A DNA stretch of 64,000 nt from Octopus vulgaris (GCA_951406725.2 OX597827.1:33418001-33482000), one strand, 5' to 3'; shown: positions 39,040 through 53,344, counted from the first letter of the stretch. The notes: generated from the letters alone by a model not told the origin. Program-made: numbers and translations.

Positions 39040-39430
39040 ATGCATTAGACATGACCTGCATTTTTGAAATGTTTGATGATAATAAAGTCAATACTGTTGG
39101 CTCTGGCCCATTCAGGACTGCAAGGTCATTGACATAGTTATACCATTTAGATGTTCTTAACTGATAGTAATTTTTTGGTCAATGAAATTGTTCCAATTGC
39201 AATACAAGGTCCATGTCACACTACCATAGAGTAATGTGGAAATAACCTTGGCCTGATACACTGAGCTTGGTTTGTAGTGTCATATTTTTGTTCCCAAAGG
39301 CTTGCTGAAAGAGTTTTCTGAAAGTGACATGAGTAGCTTGTATCCTGTTCTTGATGTCTTTCTTGAAATTCCGTTGCGTAGAGAAGATGCTTGACTGATC
39401 TATTTGTTCCAGTGGTGTGTTGATCAATGT
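39040..39430 (-). mobile_element. RTE/BovB-like RT C-terminal relic
   Basis: DIKNRIQATHVTFRKL..LQTKLSV..TL(L)YGS-like segment. Confidence 0.55.
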
Positions 39431-39550
39431 TTTTTCCTTAAGTTCTCTTGGGTTTTTTTCTCTGTATGTACAGTTTTACTCTAATATTGTAACTTTTTTC
39501 AAACATAGTCTTGCCCATCACTTTTTAGCCTCGTGTTAAATATATATACA

Positions 39551-39912
39551 CTAGCACTATGACCCAGCAACGCCGGGTGTTAGTGCTAGTACATGTATAT
39601 ACAGCTGTGTGCATGCGCACATACACGCAAGTACTGTCCTAATCTCTGACCAATCACATACAGCTAGCTGGCATTCAATTGGCGTATCAAGTTTCGGGCA
39701 TTTTGATTGGGTTTTGGATAGAAAATTCACAAAAAAGTCACTTCTATTGATTTTTTAATGGCTTTGCGGGGTGACTGGGAAAATGTAAAGATGTGCACGA
39801 CCACCCTTGGACGGTTTTGAATGACCATAGAAAGTGTGAGCCCTCTAACTGAAAAATTGTGGATTTGTATAAAGGACACACACACAGACATTTTGCCGTT
39901 TAAATATATAGA
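39551..39912 (-). mobile_element. Short non-autonomous Helitron (362 bp)
   Basis: Minus strand A|TCTATATATTTAAACGGCAAAATGTCTGTGTG start; 3' hairpin ACCCGGCGTTGCTGGGT then CTAG|T. Confidence 0.8.
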
Positions 39913-40324
39913 TATATTTTTTCGTTTTTCAATATTAACATGTATATGTATAATTCTTGATAGGTTTTTTTATTAGTCCACCTGTTACATTATATTCTAC
40001 TATACACACGTGGCCCTGTTTATTATACTTTGTCTCGACCTGTTACCATATTTTTCTTAAACATACCTGTTAGTTTTCATCCTTATTTTTATGTTATAGT
40101 TTACTGCACATATAGACGTGCATATACATTGATATGTCTGTCTTCTTTTCCCTTTCATCTCTCTTACAATTATTATTACTGTTATTTTTTCCCCTTTTAA
40201 AACTTGCTTGCAAATATCTGATTTTTTTTTTCCCTATTACCCCATTTGTATTCTCCCTTATTGCATCTTATTTTAATTTACTTCATTTCATTAAACCTCT
40301 TTTGATGTCCTTACAACAATTCCT

Positions 40325-40422
40325 CACACTGATGAAAATGACAATGCATAAATTTAATTATAATTACTATGGTTATAATATTTTTTTACATATTTGTATT
40401 GTCCTTTGAAACGCATGTATGT
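40325..40422 (+). ncRNA. Type I hammerhead motif with extended AU-rich stem II
   Basis: ACA-CTGATGA-AAATGACAATGCA..TGTATTGTCCTTT-GAAA-CGCATG-TA-TGT. Confidence 0.7.
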
Positions 40423-40668
40423 ATTGAATCCTATTTTGTATTAAATCTAATTCTGATTCAACATCTTTTTCTCCTCCATTTTTCTATAATTGTTTATGGT
40501 ATTTTTATACCTATAACGATATTTTTCAACTACTGTTTTCATAGTCTTATTACTTGTGCTGGCTGTTTTTTATGAATAGGATGAATCTTTATTACAAATC
40601 ACTCTTTCTCTCTTTTTGGACCTCTCAAAAAAGTTTGAATTGTTCTCTTTTGAACTTATTTTTTTAGC

Positions 40669-40670
40669 TA

Positions 40671-40719
<49 letters not shown>

Positions 40720-40792
40720 ATGTGTGTGTATGTATATATATATGTGTGTGTGTGTGTGTATGTGTATATATATATATGTATATGTGTGTATG

Positions 40793-40825
<33 letters not shown>

Positions 40826-41090
40826 ATGTATATATATATATGTGTGTGTGTGTATGTATATATATATATGTGTGTGTGTGTGTATATATATATATATGTG
40901 TGTGTGTGTATGTATATATATATGTGTGTGTGTGTATGTATATATATATATATATGTGTGTGTGTATGTATATATATGTGTGTGTGTGTGTGTGTGTATA
41001 TATGTGTGTGTGTGTATGTATATATATATATATATGTGTGTGTGTATGTATATATATATATATATATATGTGTGTATGTATATATATGTA
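40669..41090. repeat. Compound (TA)n(TG)n microsatellite
   Basis: Direct inspection. Confidence 0.95.
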
Positions 41091-41449
41091 TAGACAAGAA
41101 GAAAATGGAGGAAATATAACAAACAGAAGTGTGTCTTTTGCGCTAGTAAGCCATTATTTAATTAGTAAATAAAGGTGGGAGTGAAGTTGTTTACAATCAT
41201 TTCTGTTTACCATGGTGACAAAAATATATATTTATATTTTTGCATCGTTGTCAATGGTAGACATCGTCAGAACAAAGAAGTCAGAGGTAGAGAGACGAAG
41301 AGTGAAAGATCAATGGCTATATCTGAAAAGAGAAGATCAAAGATTCGAGTGTCTTACATGATAGTTGGGTTCACAGTTTGTTAAGTCCGTTGTGAGGTGG
41401 ATGAAGAATATTAGTTAGACCTGTATATATATGTGTGTGTGTGTATTTA

Positions 41450-44400
41450 TGTATAAACTTAGATATGTTTCGACCAAAGATTGGTCCAAGCCATGTCTAA
41501 CTTAATAGCACCACCTGATAGGATTATTTGAATCCTGTTTAAGTCAAGTTTTGTTTATGGTCCATTCAAGTAGTGAGTTTTTGTTGGGTGAGTTGTATCC
41601 AATTATGGGTGGCTTATCTGGTATTCCTTGAAGGAATCTATCCAGACTCCGTTTAAAGTTGATGGGATCCTTTTCCTCTTTGATCCCTTTCGGGACAATG
41701 TTAAATAGGGCAGGGCCTGTTGAGGAAAATAAATTATGATGCAGTGTACATGTATGCTGTGATCTGGAATTGGGCAGGGGACGTATGGCCCGTGGTCCCA
41801 GTCTTGGATGAACCTTGAAGCTAATGGGCAAAGTTGGCGGTATATTCTCCACATCGTACAAATGATGTACCGCTCACAGCGACGCTGGAGAGTGTAGAGT
41901 TTCAAGGCTTTAAGGCGATCCCAATAATCGAGAGCAGCCATGCCTTCAATTCGTTTAGTGAGTGCCCTCTGGGGCGATTCAATCCTCGAGATGTTTTGTC
42001 TTGTATGGAGAGACCACAGTGGGCAGCAGTATTCGAGTTGTGGCCGTACAAAGGAGGAGAAAAGTGGTATGATGACACATTGTTCTCTGGACCGGAAAGT
42101 TCTTAAGATCCAGGAACTCATCCTACGAGCTATATCGACCTTCTTGTTGATGTGTGCACTCCAACTGAGATCGTCATCAACAATTACACCCAGGTCTCGG
42201 ATATTGTTAGAGGCTGTGAGCGGATCCCCTGAAGGAAGAGAGTATGGCTGTTTTAGTGAGGAATTTCTTCCAAAATGCATCAGCTCAAATTTTCCCTCGT
42301 TCAGTTGCATTTTGTTTCTGTCTGCCCATTGACTCACAGCATATAGATCAGACTGGAGTTGAGTTCGGTCTGCTTCTTCATTCACAATTTGCTGGAGCTT
42401 AGTGTCATCAGCAAATATTTTTACTTTGCAGTAATGTACGACACTGGAAAGGTCGTTTATGTAAATTATGAAGAGTAGCGGACCCAAGACAGTCCCCTGG
42501 GGGACACCGCTGGTGACTTTTGCTGGGCTTGAGTGGACTCTGTCAACTACAACATGTTGTGTTCTATTCGCCAGGAAATACTTGATCCAGTGTAGAATTT
42601 TTCCACGGATTCCAACATTTGCCAGTTTTGAGAGTAGGATATTATTGGTCTACCGTCTACCCTGTCGAACGCTTTACTGAAGTCAAGATATATGACATCA
42701 GAGTTCAAACCTGTTCCCAAGGCTTTGAGTACATCTTCAATATGGTGCAAGAGCTGTGTTAGACAGTCCCTGCCACAGCAAAAGCCATGCTGATTTGCAT
42801 TTAGGAGTTTGTGGGTCTCCAGGAAGTCAGCTATCCTTGATCTTAACACTCTTTCAAACACTTTAATGATGTGGGAGGTGAGTGAGATTGGGCGATAGTT
42901 GAGTGCGAGGGATCTGTTTCCCTGTTTGAAAACCGGGATGACTGACTGGGATAGAAACTGTTTTGGTATATAACCTGCGTCTAACGAATTTCTCCTGAGG
43001 TTGGTCAGAGGGGCTGTAAGTTGGTGTCTACATTCCTTCAGGAGACTAGCGGGGAATCTATCAGGGCCTACAGCAGAGTAGTATTTGACCTCATTTATTG
43101 CTGCTATGATGTCAGTTGCAGTGAAGGTTATGTCAGAGATTTTATGTTGAGAGTCAACTTCGTTCGCTTCTCTTACGTTAATATCAGTGGGAATACTAAA
43201 GACAGAGCAGTATTATTTCTGCCATTTCTTTAGCATCGTGTTGGGAAATGCCGTTATCATCAATCAATGGCCCAATGGGTGAGACAGTGGTTCTATGCTT
43301 ATTTGCATAAGAATAGAACACTTTTGGGTTCTGTTTGATGTTTTTGATTACCCACTGTTCCTCCACAGCTCTTTGATTTTCAATGGAGGTTTTCATGTCG
43401 GTCTGCAGATGAAGTTTTTCCAGCTCTAGCCTTTTCATTGTTGTTGAATGTGGATGTTGTATGTGGGAATATTTTAATTGGTTGATTTTTTTGTTGAGTC
43501 TTTTGATGCGCCTGATGAGTGTTTTTTTCTTTTAGGGAGCCGGTTTCTGTTTGTGTTAGTAGATTTCGTGGGAGCGTGTTTAGAGCATGTATAGGTGACA
43601 ATGTTGTCAAAGTGCTGCCATGCGGTCTCAATATGGGTGGAATTGAGAGTAAAAGACCAGTCGATGAAAGACAGATCCTTTCTGATTGCTCCTCAGTCCA
43701 CTTTGTGGAAGTTTATGTTGTCAAATGAGTGCCATGGAGTGGGATTGGCTGGTTTGGTTTTTATATGTCGGGAATTAAAATTGCAGAGTACCATGTCGTA
43801 GTCTGAGAGGAGAGTTTTTTCAACTGAAATACTGTGAACGAAGCTAGAGTGATTGGTCAATACCAGATCCAAGATCGTTTTATTCTGTCTCATTGGTTCG
43901 AGCACTAGCTGAGTCAGGAAGTATTCATCCATTAGATTAAAGAGCAGTTCTGCTGCTGCTCTATCTGATGTAGAGCATTTGCCTAACTTCAGAGTATTTG
44001 TGGGCCAGTTCACATGAGAGAGGTTAAAATCACCCATCACTAGTATGTTTCCGGAGTTGTACTTCCGAAGGAAGGACTTGACTTTGCTAAGGCACTCTTC
44101 AAAACACTTTAGAGGTGCTTGGGGAGGCCTGTAAAGACCAACAATGATTATGTCCTTGGCCTTGTTGAATAGTGATACAGATTCACAATAGCCATTGGAA
44201 AATATGTCCTTGGCATCAAGTGAAAAGGAGTCATGGATAAAGATGTCTGTCCCTCCCTCATTTCAGTCTGTGCGATCCACACTTACAATGGTGAAATCTT
44301 TTATTTTCACCTCGGCGTCCATATGGGTGTTGTTCAGGTGAGTCTCGGTAAGGATAAAGAAAGGGAAGCAATGTGCCGTTTCGGCAAGCCAACTCTCTAT

Positions 44401-45230
44401 ATATGGGATCTTCCATTTTTGGGCAATAATTGATGGGTTGATGCCACCTACATTTAACAGGAATGTAGAGGTAAGGGAAGTTTGATGTTTGCATTGTTCT
44501 AAGTTATGTTTTATGTTGTTCAGTGGTAACAGTGTGGGTAGGAGCTGTATGTGTATGATTTTCTTGTTGGTAGTGGGTGTGTGGTCCTTGTGATTTGCAT
44601 AGGTGGTTGCTGATATCTCGTTGGATCTCCTGGCTTAGGTCGGCCTTCATATTTTTTAGGCAAAGATGTTGAGGCGAAAGTGGATGGTTTTAATTGTTTT
44701 GGTGTTTTGCTTATTTGTTTGCTTTTTAATGGCATGTGCAGTGGGGTGATAGTGGTGGATGGTGGTGGGTGATGGCTCGGATGTTTTTTTCCAGTTCTTT
44801 TGCTAGATTCATTATAGCTAAAAAAGAGGAAGAAGTTTCTTGTCTAGAAGAGTTTGTTGTTGAGGTTGTTGTTGTTGTTACGCCAGTGATGCGTTCGAAG
44901 AGAAAACACATCTCAGTTTATCGAAGTGTTTATTTATTAATTTAAAAGCAACTTCGATTTGTTTTAATTTATTTTGTATCTGCTGTTCAGATCGAGTTTG
45001 CAAAAGGTGAACTGTTCATTTAGCAATTTCGTTCAGACACGAAGTGCCTATGCTCTCTGTTTGGGTAAGGCAATGCCATGTGTTGATAAGAACGTCGATT
45101 TCAGTTTTTGTTGGATTTTTGGTGGCTAGCCATTCTGGTGGATATGTTTTATTAAAATTTATTTTGTTCGTTTGTTTTGTTGATGATTTTTATTTATTTT
45201 TTAATTTTTTTATAAGGAGAAGTATGTAGA
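41450..45230 (-). mobile_element. Near full-length CR1-group LINE (APE + RT), disrupted
   Basis: GLYRPP, MGDFNL, ILDLVLTN, NYRPISLTSH, YLDFSKAFDRV, GVPQGTVLGPLLF, FADDTK and VRPQLEYCCPLWS; possible ORF1 relic at ~44500-45130. Confidence 0.9.
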
Positions 45231-45599
45231 ATAGATTGTACAGAATGTTTGCTGTAATGCTGAGAAATTTGTATTTGAATTATGAGCTTGCAGTTATTTT
45301 ATCTTTCTTTTCTTTTTTTTTCCCCTCTTTTTCTAATTTTTAATGTGTGGGTGATCCTTTAGTTATCAGAAGGTATATATAAATAAATACTCTCTCATAG
45401 GAGTGTGTGGTTTTGTTTATTTCGTCGTTTGAAATTTATGAAAATAATTTGTAGTTAAAGAAAAGTCTACTCACGAGTTGGGAAAACGCGTGGTTTCAAC
45501 TATACAGGAATATATGTGATGGTCAATTCCGATTGTAGCTGTGAAACTTGCTCTGGCGCGGAGAGGAGTAAAAATACGTCTTAATACTTCAGCAATCAG

Positions 45600-45616
45600 T
45601 ACATGTATATATATAC

Positions 45617-45671
<55 letters not shown>

Positions 45672-45874
45672 CATATATATATGTATGTGTATATGTATAT
45701 ATATATATATATGTGTGTGTGTATATATATATATGTATGTGTATATATATATGTATATATATATGTGTATGTATATGTATATATATGTCTGTATGTATAT
45801 ATGTGTATATATGTATATATGTATATATATGTATATGTATGTATATATATATATATATAGATGTGTGTGTGTAT
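45600..45874. repeat. (TA/TG)n microsatellite
   Basis: Direct inspection. Confidence 0.95.
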
Positions 45875-45879
45875 ACTGG

Positions 45880-46069
45880 CTCATGCCGGTGGCACGTAAA
45901 AGCACCCACTACACTCTTGGAGTGGTTGGCATTGGGAAGGGCATCCAGCTGTAGAAACTTTGCCAGATCAGGTTGAGCCTGGTGCAGCCTCTGGCTCACC
46001 AGTCCTCAGTCAAACCGTCCAACCCATGCCAGCATGGCAAGCAAATGTAAATTGTTGATGATGATGATG
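45880..46069 (+). mobile_element. RTE 3'-tail copy ending in (ATG)n
   Basis: tgccggtggcacgtaaaagcacc..ggaagggcatccagctgtagaaac..gatgatgatg, as at the 3' end of the RTEs at 49811 and 56500. Confidence 0.8.
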
Positions 46070-46099
46070 ATATATATATGTATATATCTCTCTTTTTTC

Positions 46100-46482
46100 T
46101 CTTTCTTTTACTTGTTTCAGTCATTTGACTGCGGCCATGCTGGAGCACCGCCTTTAATCGAGCAACTCGACCCCGGGACTTATTCTATCGGTCTCTTTTG
46201 CCAAACCGCTAAGTAACGGGGACATAAACACACCAGCATCGGTTGTCAAGCAATGCTATGGGGACAAACACAGACACACAAACACACACACGCATATATA
46301 TATATATATATATACATATATACGACGGGCTTCTTTCAGTTTCCGTCTACCAAATCCACTCACAAGGCTTTGGTTGGCCCGAGGCTATAGCAGAAGACAC
46401 TTGCCCAAGGTGCCACGCAGTGGGACTGAACCCAGAGCCATGTGGTTGGTAAACAAGCTACTTACCACACAGCCACTCCTGT
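46100..46482 (-). mobile_element. Full SINE of the 23001 family with internal microsatellite
   Basis: Head (aggagtggctgtgtggtaag) at 46323-46482; tail region at 46100-46290. Confidence 0.8.
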
Positions 46483-46553
46483 GTTTATATATATATATAT
46501 ATGTATGTGTGTGTATATATATATATATGTATGTATATGTATATATATGTATA

Positions 46554-46621
<68 letters not shown>

Positions 46622-46622
<1 letters not shown>

Positions 46623-49432
46623 TAACTGAAGGTGACCCGCTCTACGCGCGGGTAAGAGTGTGGTTGTTACTTTCTGTTGCTTCCTTTCAGCACGTAAAAA
46701 GCACAATCCAAACGTGGCGGATTGCAGCGCCGCCTTGACTGGCTTCTGTGCTGGTGGCACGTAAAAAGCACCAACCGATCGTGGCCGCTGTCAGCCCCCC
46801 TGGCACCTGTGCCGGCAGCACGAAAAAAGCACCCACTACGCTCACAGAGTGGTTGGCATTAGGAAGGGCATCCACCTGTAGAAACACTGCCAGATCAGAC
46901 TAGAACCTGGTGCAGCCTCCTGGCTTCCCAGACCCCGGTCAAACTGTCCAACCCGTGCTAGCACGGAAAACGGACGTTAAACGATGATGATTATGATGAT
47001 GATTCTCCCTCCTTTCTCTCTCACTTTCCCACTCTGTTACTCTTCCTTTCTCTTGGACTCTCCCTCGCTTTCTCTTACTCTCTATCTTTATTTATCTCTC
47101 TCCCATTTATAAACAACAAAAGATTTTGAGTAAGTTGAGAAATAAAATATTTAGAAAGATCAATCATAAATATCAGGCAGTAACAACGGAAAGGTCTGCT
47201 TCAAGGCAGACAGCAAAACACTAACATTTAAAAGGGACAGACGAACTTGCGAGCTGAATAAAAATAATAAAATATTGGAAACCAAAGTTTGAAGGGATAG
47301 AATTTGAGGACAGTAGTGTCACCATGGCTGGCATTTCTTAACGACGGACAGCAATGTATTGACAGTTTAACGGCTGGCGTAAAATTTTGAACTTGATGTA
47401 AAAGAAAATCCCTAAAAACCAAGTTTTGAATTGATTCTTTCTCACGACAGTAGACTCACCATGGCAAGCATTCAAAACTTCTTCATCATGGACGGCAACA
47501 CATTGACGATTAAAAGGCTGGCGCAAATTTTTTAGCTTGATGTAACAGAGAACTGCTAAACACCCGCTCCTTTAAAATTTAATCCCCTTCCAGCCCCATT
47601 TAGACCCCTTTTCACATTTTGGTTAATATAACCCGATTTCATTTGGGTCTACTGGGGCCACATTTTATAAGATGAGGACTCAACCAAGTTTCCCGAGTTC
47701 TGGTCATAGACCATAGAACACTCAACCAAGTTTCCTGAGTTCTGGTCATTGACCATAGAACACTTAGCTAAAATCTAGTTTCTACCTAGTCTGAACCAAT
47801 CAATCCGCCGCAGTCTTCAGCCATGTTCCAGTCCCAGCGACAGACGACCAGACCAGCCAGTCATGTTCCTGCTCCAGCCAATGACGACGCTAACATACAC
47901 CAGCAACGCCACCGACACCTTCATCTCAATGTCGCCTTTCTCTGCCGTTGCCATCACCATCGTCGTCCTTCACTTCATGTCGTCTCCATCTCCGTCGCCT
48001 TCATCTCTAGCAACACTAATATGTACATAGTACTCATTCAGGTTTAGCTTTCATGCTGTTATGAATTTCACCGAGGTTAACAGCACAGCACTACCTGCGA
48101 GATCTTCTGTACCAATGTAACCTGGCACAGCATTGAAGCCACAACTGCTACACGACGTGTTCAACCGGCATCTGCACTTGTGATCCAAACATCCTGTTAC
48201 AGAACGAACTGCTATTATGTACTTTACTGCGAACTGGTAAATTAACTCCATCTTGTCTGAAATACCCTGAGAGACTTTTCCTATGCGCTGTATTTTGTTT
48301 TGCCCGCATACACCTTGTTTGTACTTCTGTCGCACACACGAACACACATAATTAATACACACACAAATGCTATCTCTGTCACATTCATACGCCACACATG
48401 CCTTTCTCGCTTGTTTTCCATGCTCAATGTGCCCTTGTAAACACAACTCATCTCTGTAAGGTCGGTCACGCATACATAGAGAAAGTTGTTTGTCCCTTAC
48501 AACGCACCAGCATGCCACACTTTTGTTCCTGCACGACCGAGGCATATAATAGCTCAAGCACTGGCTGGCAGCCTCAGCCTTACTGCATTAATCACTGGCA
48601 TATTCAATACTGTACACTGTACACCTAGCAAGCCCTTTTGCACTCATGCACCTCTGTTCTGCACGTGTACTCCCTTGTTTTGCAACACGTCTGCATCAGC
48701 TCAATTCTCCTCCCGACTCAAAGCACATCGGATGTTCACATGCGCTGCGCTCATGTTTAGGCATAATTTCCCCCTGTTAGACCCCTGTTGGTCACGTAAT
48801 TAACAGAGAAAATTATCTGTCTCGCACCCAAGTTGCACCCAAAAAGTGTAAAGAAGCAACCAGTTCCCTTTACGTAACTATCAAAAAGTATTAAAAAGTT
48901 TAATATACATAAATACAGATATATACATTATATATACATATTTATATATAGAACACACACACACATATATAAACGCTCGTTGGTGTGTTCTGTTTGTATT
49001 TGGTCGATGGGTGCGTTGACAGGTAGACAATAGAATGCGGTGGTGATGGCGATGGAATATTTGTTTCTCTGTATGAATACAGACACATAAGTTAAAGTTA
49101 TGGGAAGCTAAGAGATAGAGTGAGTGAAAATGTTCTTGGAAGAGAGGAAATAGCGAGAGTGAGTTGAGGAAGACAGATACGTTAAATAATGGGAGTGGAC
49201 TTGTCAAAGTTATAAATGAAGGAGAGTTAGGGGGTAATGGAGGAAATAGCGTGAGTGAGGAAGATGGCCCCTAGCAACCACACCTTTTAAGATAGGGATT
49301 TGTAAGGTAGCCCACAGGCATCGTCACCTCATTCTACATGTCCCTGTAAATTTTGGAGTGAATCGGACGGGACGTAGTGGCATTGAAAGCGATCCAAGCG
49401 GTAAAAACGCATTTCAGTTTTATATATAGAGA
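46622..49432 (-). mobile_element. 2.8-kb non-autonomous Helitron with cargo
   Basis: Minus strand A|TCTCTATATATAAAACTGAAATG start; 3' hairpin ACCCGC-GCGTAGA-GCGGGT then TTAG|T; inserted in a TA microsatellite. Confidence 0.7.
46685..47002 (+). mobile_element. RTE 3'-tail copy inside the Helitron
   Basis: Three gcacgtaaaaagcacc units, ggaagggcatcc and an (ATG)n tail. Confidence 0.8.
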
Positions 49433-49555
49433 TATATGTGTATGTATATATATATATATATGTATGTATATATATATATGTATGTATATATATATATATA
49501 TATATGTGTATGTATATGTATATATGTATGTATATGTATATATGTATGTATATGT

Positions 49556-49591
<36 letters not shown>

Positions 49592-49638
49592 GTATATATA
49601 TATGTATATATATATGTATGTATATGTATATGTATATG

Positions 49639-49673
<35 letters not shown>

Positions 49674-49744
49674 GTGTATATATATATATATATGTATATA
49701 TATGTATGTATATGTATATATATATATATATATGTATATATATG

Positions 49745-49793
<49 letters not shown>

Positions 49794-49810
49794 GTATGTA
49801 TATGTATGTA
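49433..49810. repeat. (TA/TATG)n microsatellite
   Basis: Direct inspection. Confidence 0.95.
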
Positions 49811-52800
49811 TCATCATCATCACCATCATCGTTTAACGTCCGTTTTCCATGCTAGCATGGGTTGGACGGTTCAATTGGGGTCTGGAAAGCCAGAAGGCTG
49901 CGCCAAGCCCAGTATGATCTGGCAGTATTTCTACAGCTGGATGCCCTTCCTAACGCCAACCACTCCGTGGGTGTAGTGCGTGCTTTTTACGTGCCACCTG
50001 CACAGGTGCCAGACGAGGCTGGCAAACGGCCACGATCGGATGGTGCTTTTTACGTGCCACCGGCACAGGGGCCAGACGAGGCTGGCAACGGCCACAATCG
50101 GATGGTGCATTTTACATGCCACCGGCACGGAGGCCAGTCGGAGCAGCGTTGGCAACAGCCACGTTCGGACGGTTCTCTTATGTGCCACCGGCACTGGTAT
50201 CTCAGCTACAATTTCCATTGATGTTGATCAATTTCGATTTTCATTTTCATTTTCACTTGCCTCAACAGGTCTTCACAAGAAGGAAAGGTATGCATAAGTG
50301 GGCTGGCCACGTACCAGGTAGGGGCCACGGGTTATGGTCTCACTTGTCCTGCCGGGTATTCCCACACACAGCATACTTCCAAAGTTCTCGGTCTCTGGTC
50401 ATATCCTCTGTGAGACCTAATGTTCGAAGGTCGTGCTTCACCACCTCGTCCCAGCTTTTCCTGGGTCTACCTCTTCCACAGGTTCCCTCAACCTCTAGGG
50501 TGTGACACTTTTTCACACAACTATCTTCATCCATTCTCGCTACATGACCATACCAGTGCAAACGTCTCTCTTGCACACCACAACTGATGCTTCATAGGTC
50601 CAACTTTTCTCTCAAGCTACTTATACTCTGTCAAGGATGAACACTGACATTACACATCCATTAGAGTATACTGGCTTCATTTCTTGCGAACTTACTCATG
50701 TCCTCAGCAGTCACGGCCCAAGTTTTAGTGCCATGTAGCATGGCTGTTCGTACACATGCATCATACAGTCTGCCTTTTATTCTGAGCGAGAGGCCTTTTG
50801 TCACCAGCAGAGGTAATAGCTCTCTGAACTTTGCCCAGGCTATTCTTACTCTAGCAGTTACACTTTCAGCACACCCGCCCCCACTACTTACTTGGTCACC
50901 AAGGTAACAGAAGCTATCAACAATTTCTAGTTTTTCTCCCTGGAATGTGGCGGAAGTTGGTCTCTGAGCATTTGCATTTTCAGTGTTTATTGCTCCTGAG
51001 CATCTGCCACATACAAAAACTATCTTCCTAGTTAGCCTTCCTTTGACATTGCTGCACCTCTTATGTGTCCATAGCTTACACTTGGTGCATCTTATAGAGT
51101 TTCTACCTACGCCTTTTCTACAGATCAAGCAGGGCCATCTACCTGAAGGCGTTTGTGATTTGCCTGCCTTCCTACATATTAGCTAGGTTAATTTTAAGGC
51201 CCTTCGATTCTAATCCTCGTCTCCACACTTGAAACTTTGCCTCTAGTTCTGATAGTGACTCAGCAATTAGAGCAAGGTCATCAGCATATAGGAGCTCCCA
51301 GGGGCATCCTGTCTTGAATTCCTCCATTATCGCCTGGAGGACTATGATAAATAGGAGGGGGCTGAGGACTGAACCTTGGTGGACCCCTACCTCTACCCTG
51401 AATTTTTGAGTATACTCGTTGCCAACCCTCACCTTACTTACAGCGTCTCTGTACATGGCTTGCACAGCTCTCACTAACCATTCATCTATCTCTAGTTTCC
51501 TCATTGACCACCAGATAAGGGATCGGGGGACCCTGTCAAAGGCTTTCTCCATGTCAACAAAAGCCAGGTACATGGGCTTATCTTTGGCTAGGTATTTCTC
51601 CTGCAGTTGTCTCACCAAAAATATGGCATCAGTGGTGCTTTTCCCTGGCATGAAACCAAACTGCATCTCATCCAAGCTGACTCTCTCCCTAATCAGTTGG
51701 GCTATGACCCTCTCCGTAACCTTCATTACCTGATCCAAAAGCTTGATACCTCTGTAATTATTTGTATCTAAAGCATCACCTTTACCTTTGTAGCAGTTGA
51801 CTATTATGCTGCTACACCAGTCATTGGGTATGACTCCTTCGTGTATCACCTGGTTAACTATACGGGTGACTAGGCTATAGCCGACACTACCAGATATTTT
51901 AAGCATCTCTGCAGTAATTCCTGATGGGCCTGGGCCTTTCCCTGTCTTCATGCTTCTAATTGCCTTAACTACTAAGGAACTGTCAACTCGGATAGCTGGT
52001 CCCATTCATTTTCCTTATTTAGCAGCCTCTCATAATGGTGTCTCCATACCTCTCTCTTTGTATCCTCATTCAGCGCAAGCGAGCCATCATCCATGCGAAC
52101 ACATTTCTCTCCTACCACATCATGATGCTCTCTCACACACTGTCTTGCAACACAGAATACCTCAAGTCTTTCGTCCTCACGGCGCAGAACATTGGCAAAT
52201 TTTTTCTTATCTGCTTCCCCTCTGGCTAAATAAACCTGTCTCCTAGCTTCTCTTTTGGCAGTCTGATACAATTACCTGCTACCACCATTTTTCCAGTCCT
52301 TCCAAGCCTGTCTCTTTTCTCTAATAGCCGTGTCTACATTGTTCCACCACCACATTATTTTGGGTCGAGAGGGGACTTTGCACCAGCCACAGATCTGGTC
52401 AGTGGCTCTCAGCAGGTTGTCCCTACCCCCATGTGAAGCTATATACCCTTCTACTTTGTCAAAGGCTTCAAGTAATATGTCCCTAAGTCTCTGTCCATTC
52501 GCAGGATCTTTAAGCTTCCGAATCCTTCTCCATGTTGGTCGTCTTCTGGTCACCCTCTTAGTCCTGATCCTGAAGTCACTAACTACCAGTCTATGTTGTG
52601 GGGTACATTCTTCGCCTGGGAAGGTTTTGGCATTTATAAGCAGCCATCTTTCCCTTTTCCTGGCAAGGATGTAGTCAATTTGGCTGGTATGTCGGCCCGA
52701 TCGGTAGGTGACTAGGTGGCTGGTAGGTTTCCTGAAGTTAGTGTTGCAAACCATAAGATCATTTGCATCACAGAACTCCAGCAGCCTGGTTCCCTCCTTG

Positions 52801-53155
52801 TTGCGGGAACCATAACCATAGCCTCCATGTACACCATGGAAGCCCCCAGCATGTCGTCCAACGTGACCATTGAAGTCACCAGCCACAAAGAGAAGGTCTC
52901 TGTCGTTCGTCAACGAGGTAGTCTGCTGTAGGGTGTCATAGAATCGGTCTCTCTGCCCATCGGGTAGCCCCAGCTGAGGGGCATAGGCCGATATAATGGT
53001 TGCTAATCCATGATGAAGCACTAATCTAATCTTAAATATTCTGTCACTTACTCTATTTACCTCTATTACCTTATCTACCCATTTTTCAGCGAGAAGTATA
53101 CCCATGCCCCCAACACCGTCAGTGTTTCCTGCCCAGAAAATCTTGTACCTGTGTT
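49811..53155 (-). mobile_element. RTE-clade LINE, 5'-truncated (APE, RT, PHD-like Cys motif, 3' UTR)
   Basis: ISAYAPQ, GDFNGHVG, QIDYIL, FVDMEKAFDRV, GVHQGSVLSP, LYADDL, C..C..W.HKRC and RLHWYGHV; (CAT)n tail. Confidence 0.93.
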
Positions 53156-53157
53156 CT

Positions 53158-53171
53158 TATGTATGTATATG

Positions 53172-53203
<32 letters not shown>

Positions 53204-53250
53204 TATGTATGCATATATATGTATGTATATGTATGTATATATATGTATGC

Positions 53251-53282
<32 letters not shown>

Positions 53283-53301
53283 GTATGTATGTATATGTAT
53301 G

Positions 53302-53344
<43 letters not shown>

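Noticed and set aside
41460-41510. Hammerhead-like fold at the CR1 3' end (TTAGA..GACCAA-TCT-TTGGTC-GAAA..TCTAA, minus strand)
   Set aside because: It lacks the CUGANGA core and is better explained as a LINE 3' recognition stem-loop.
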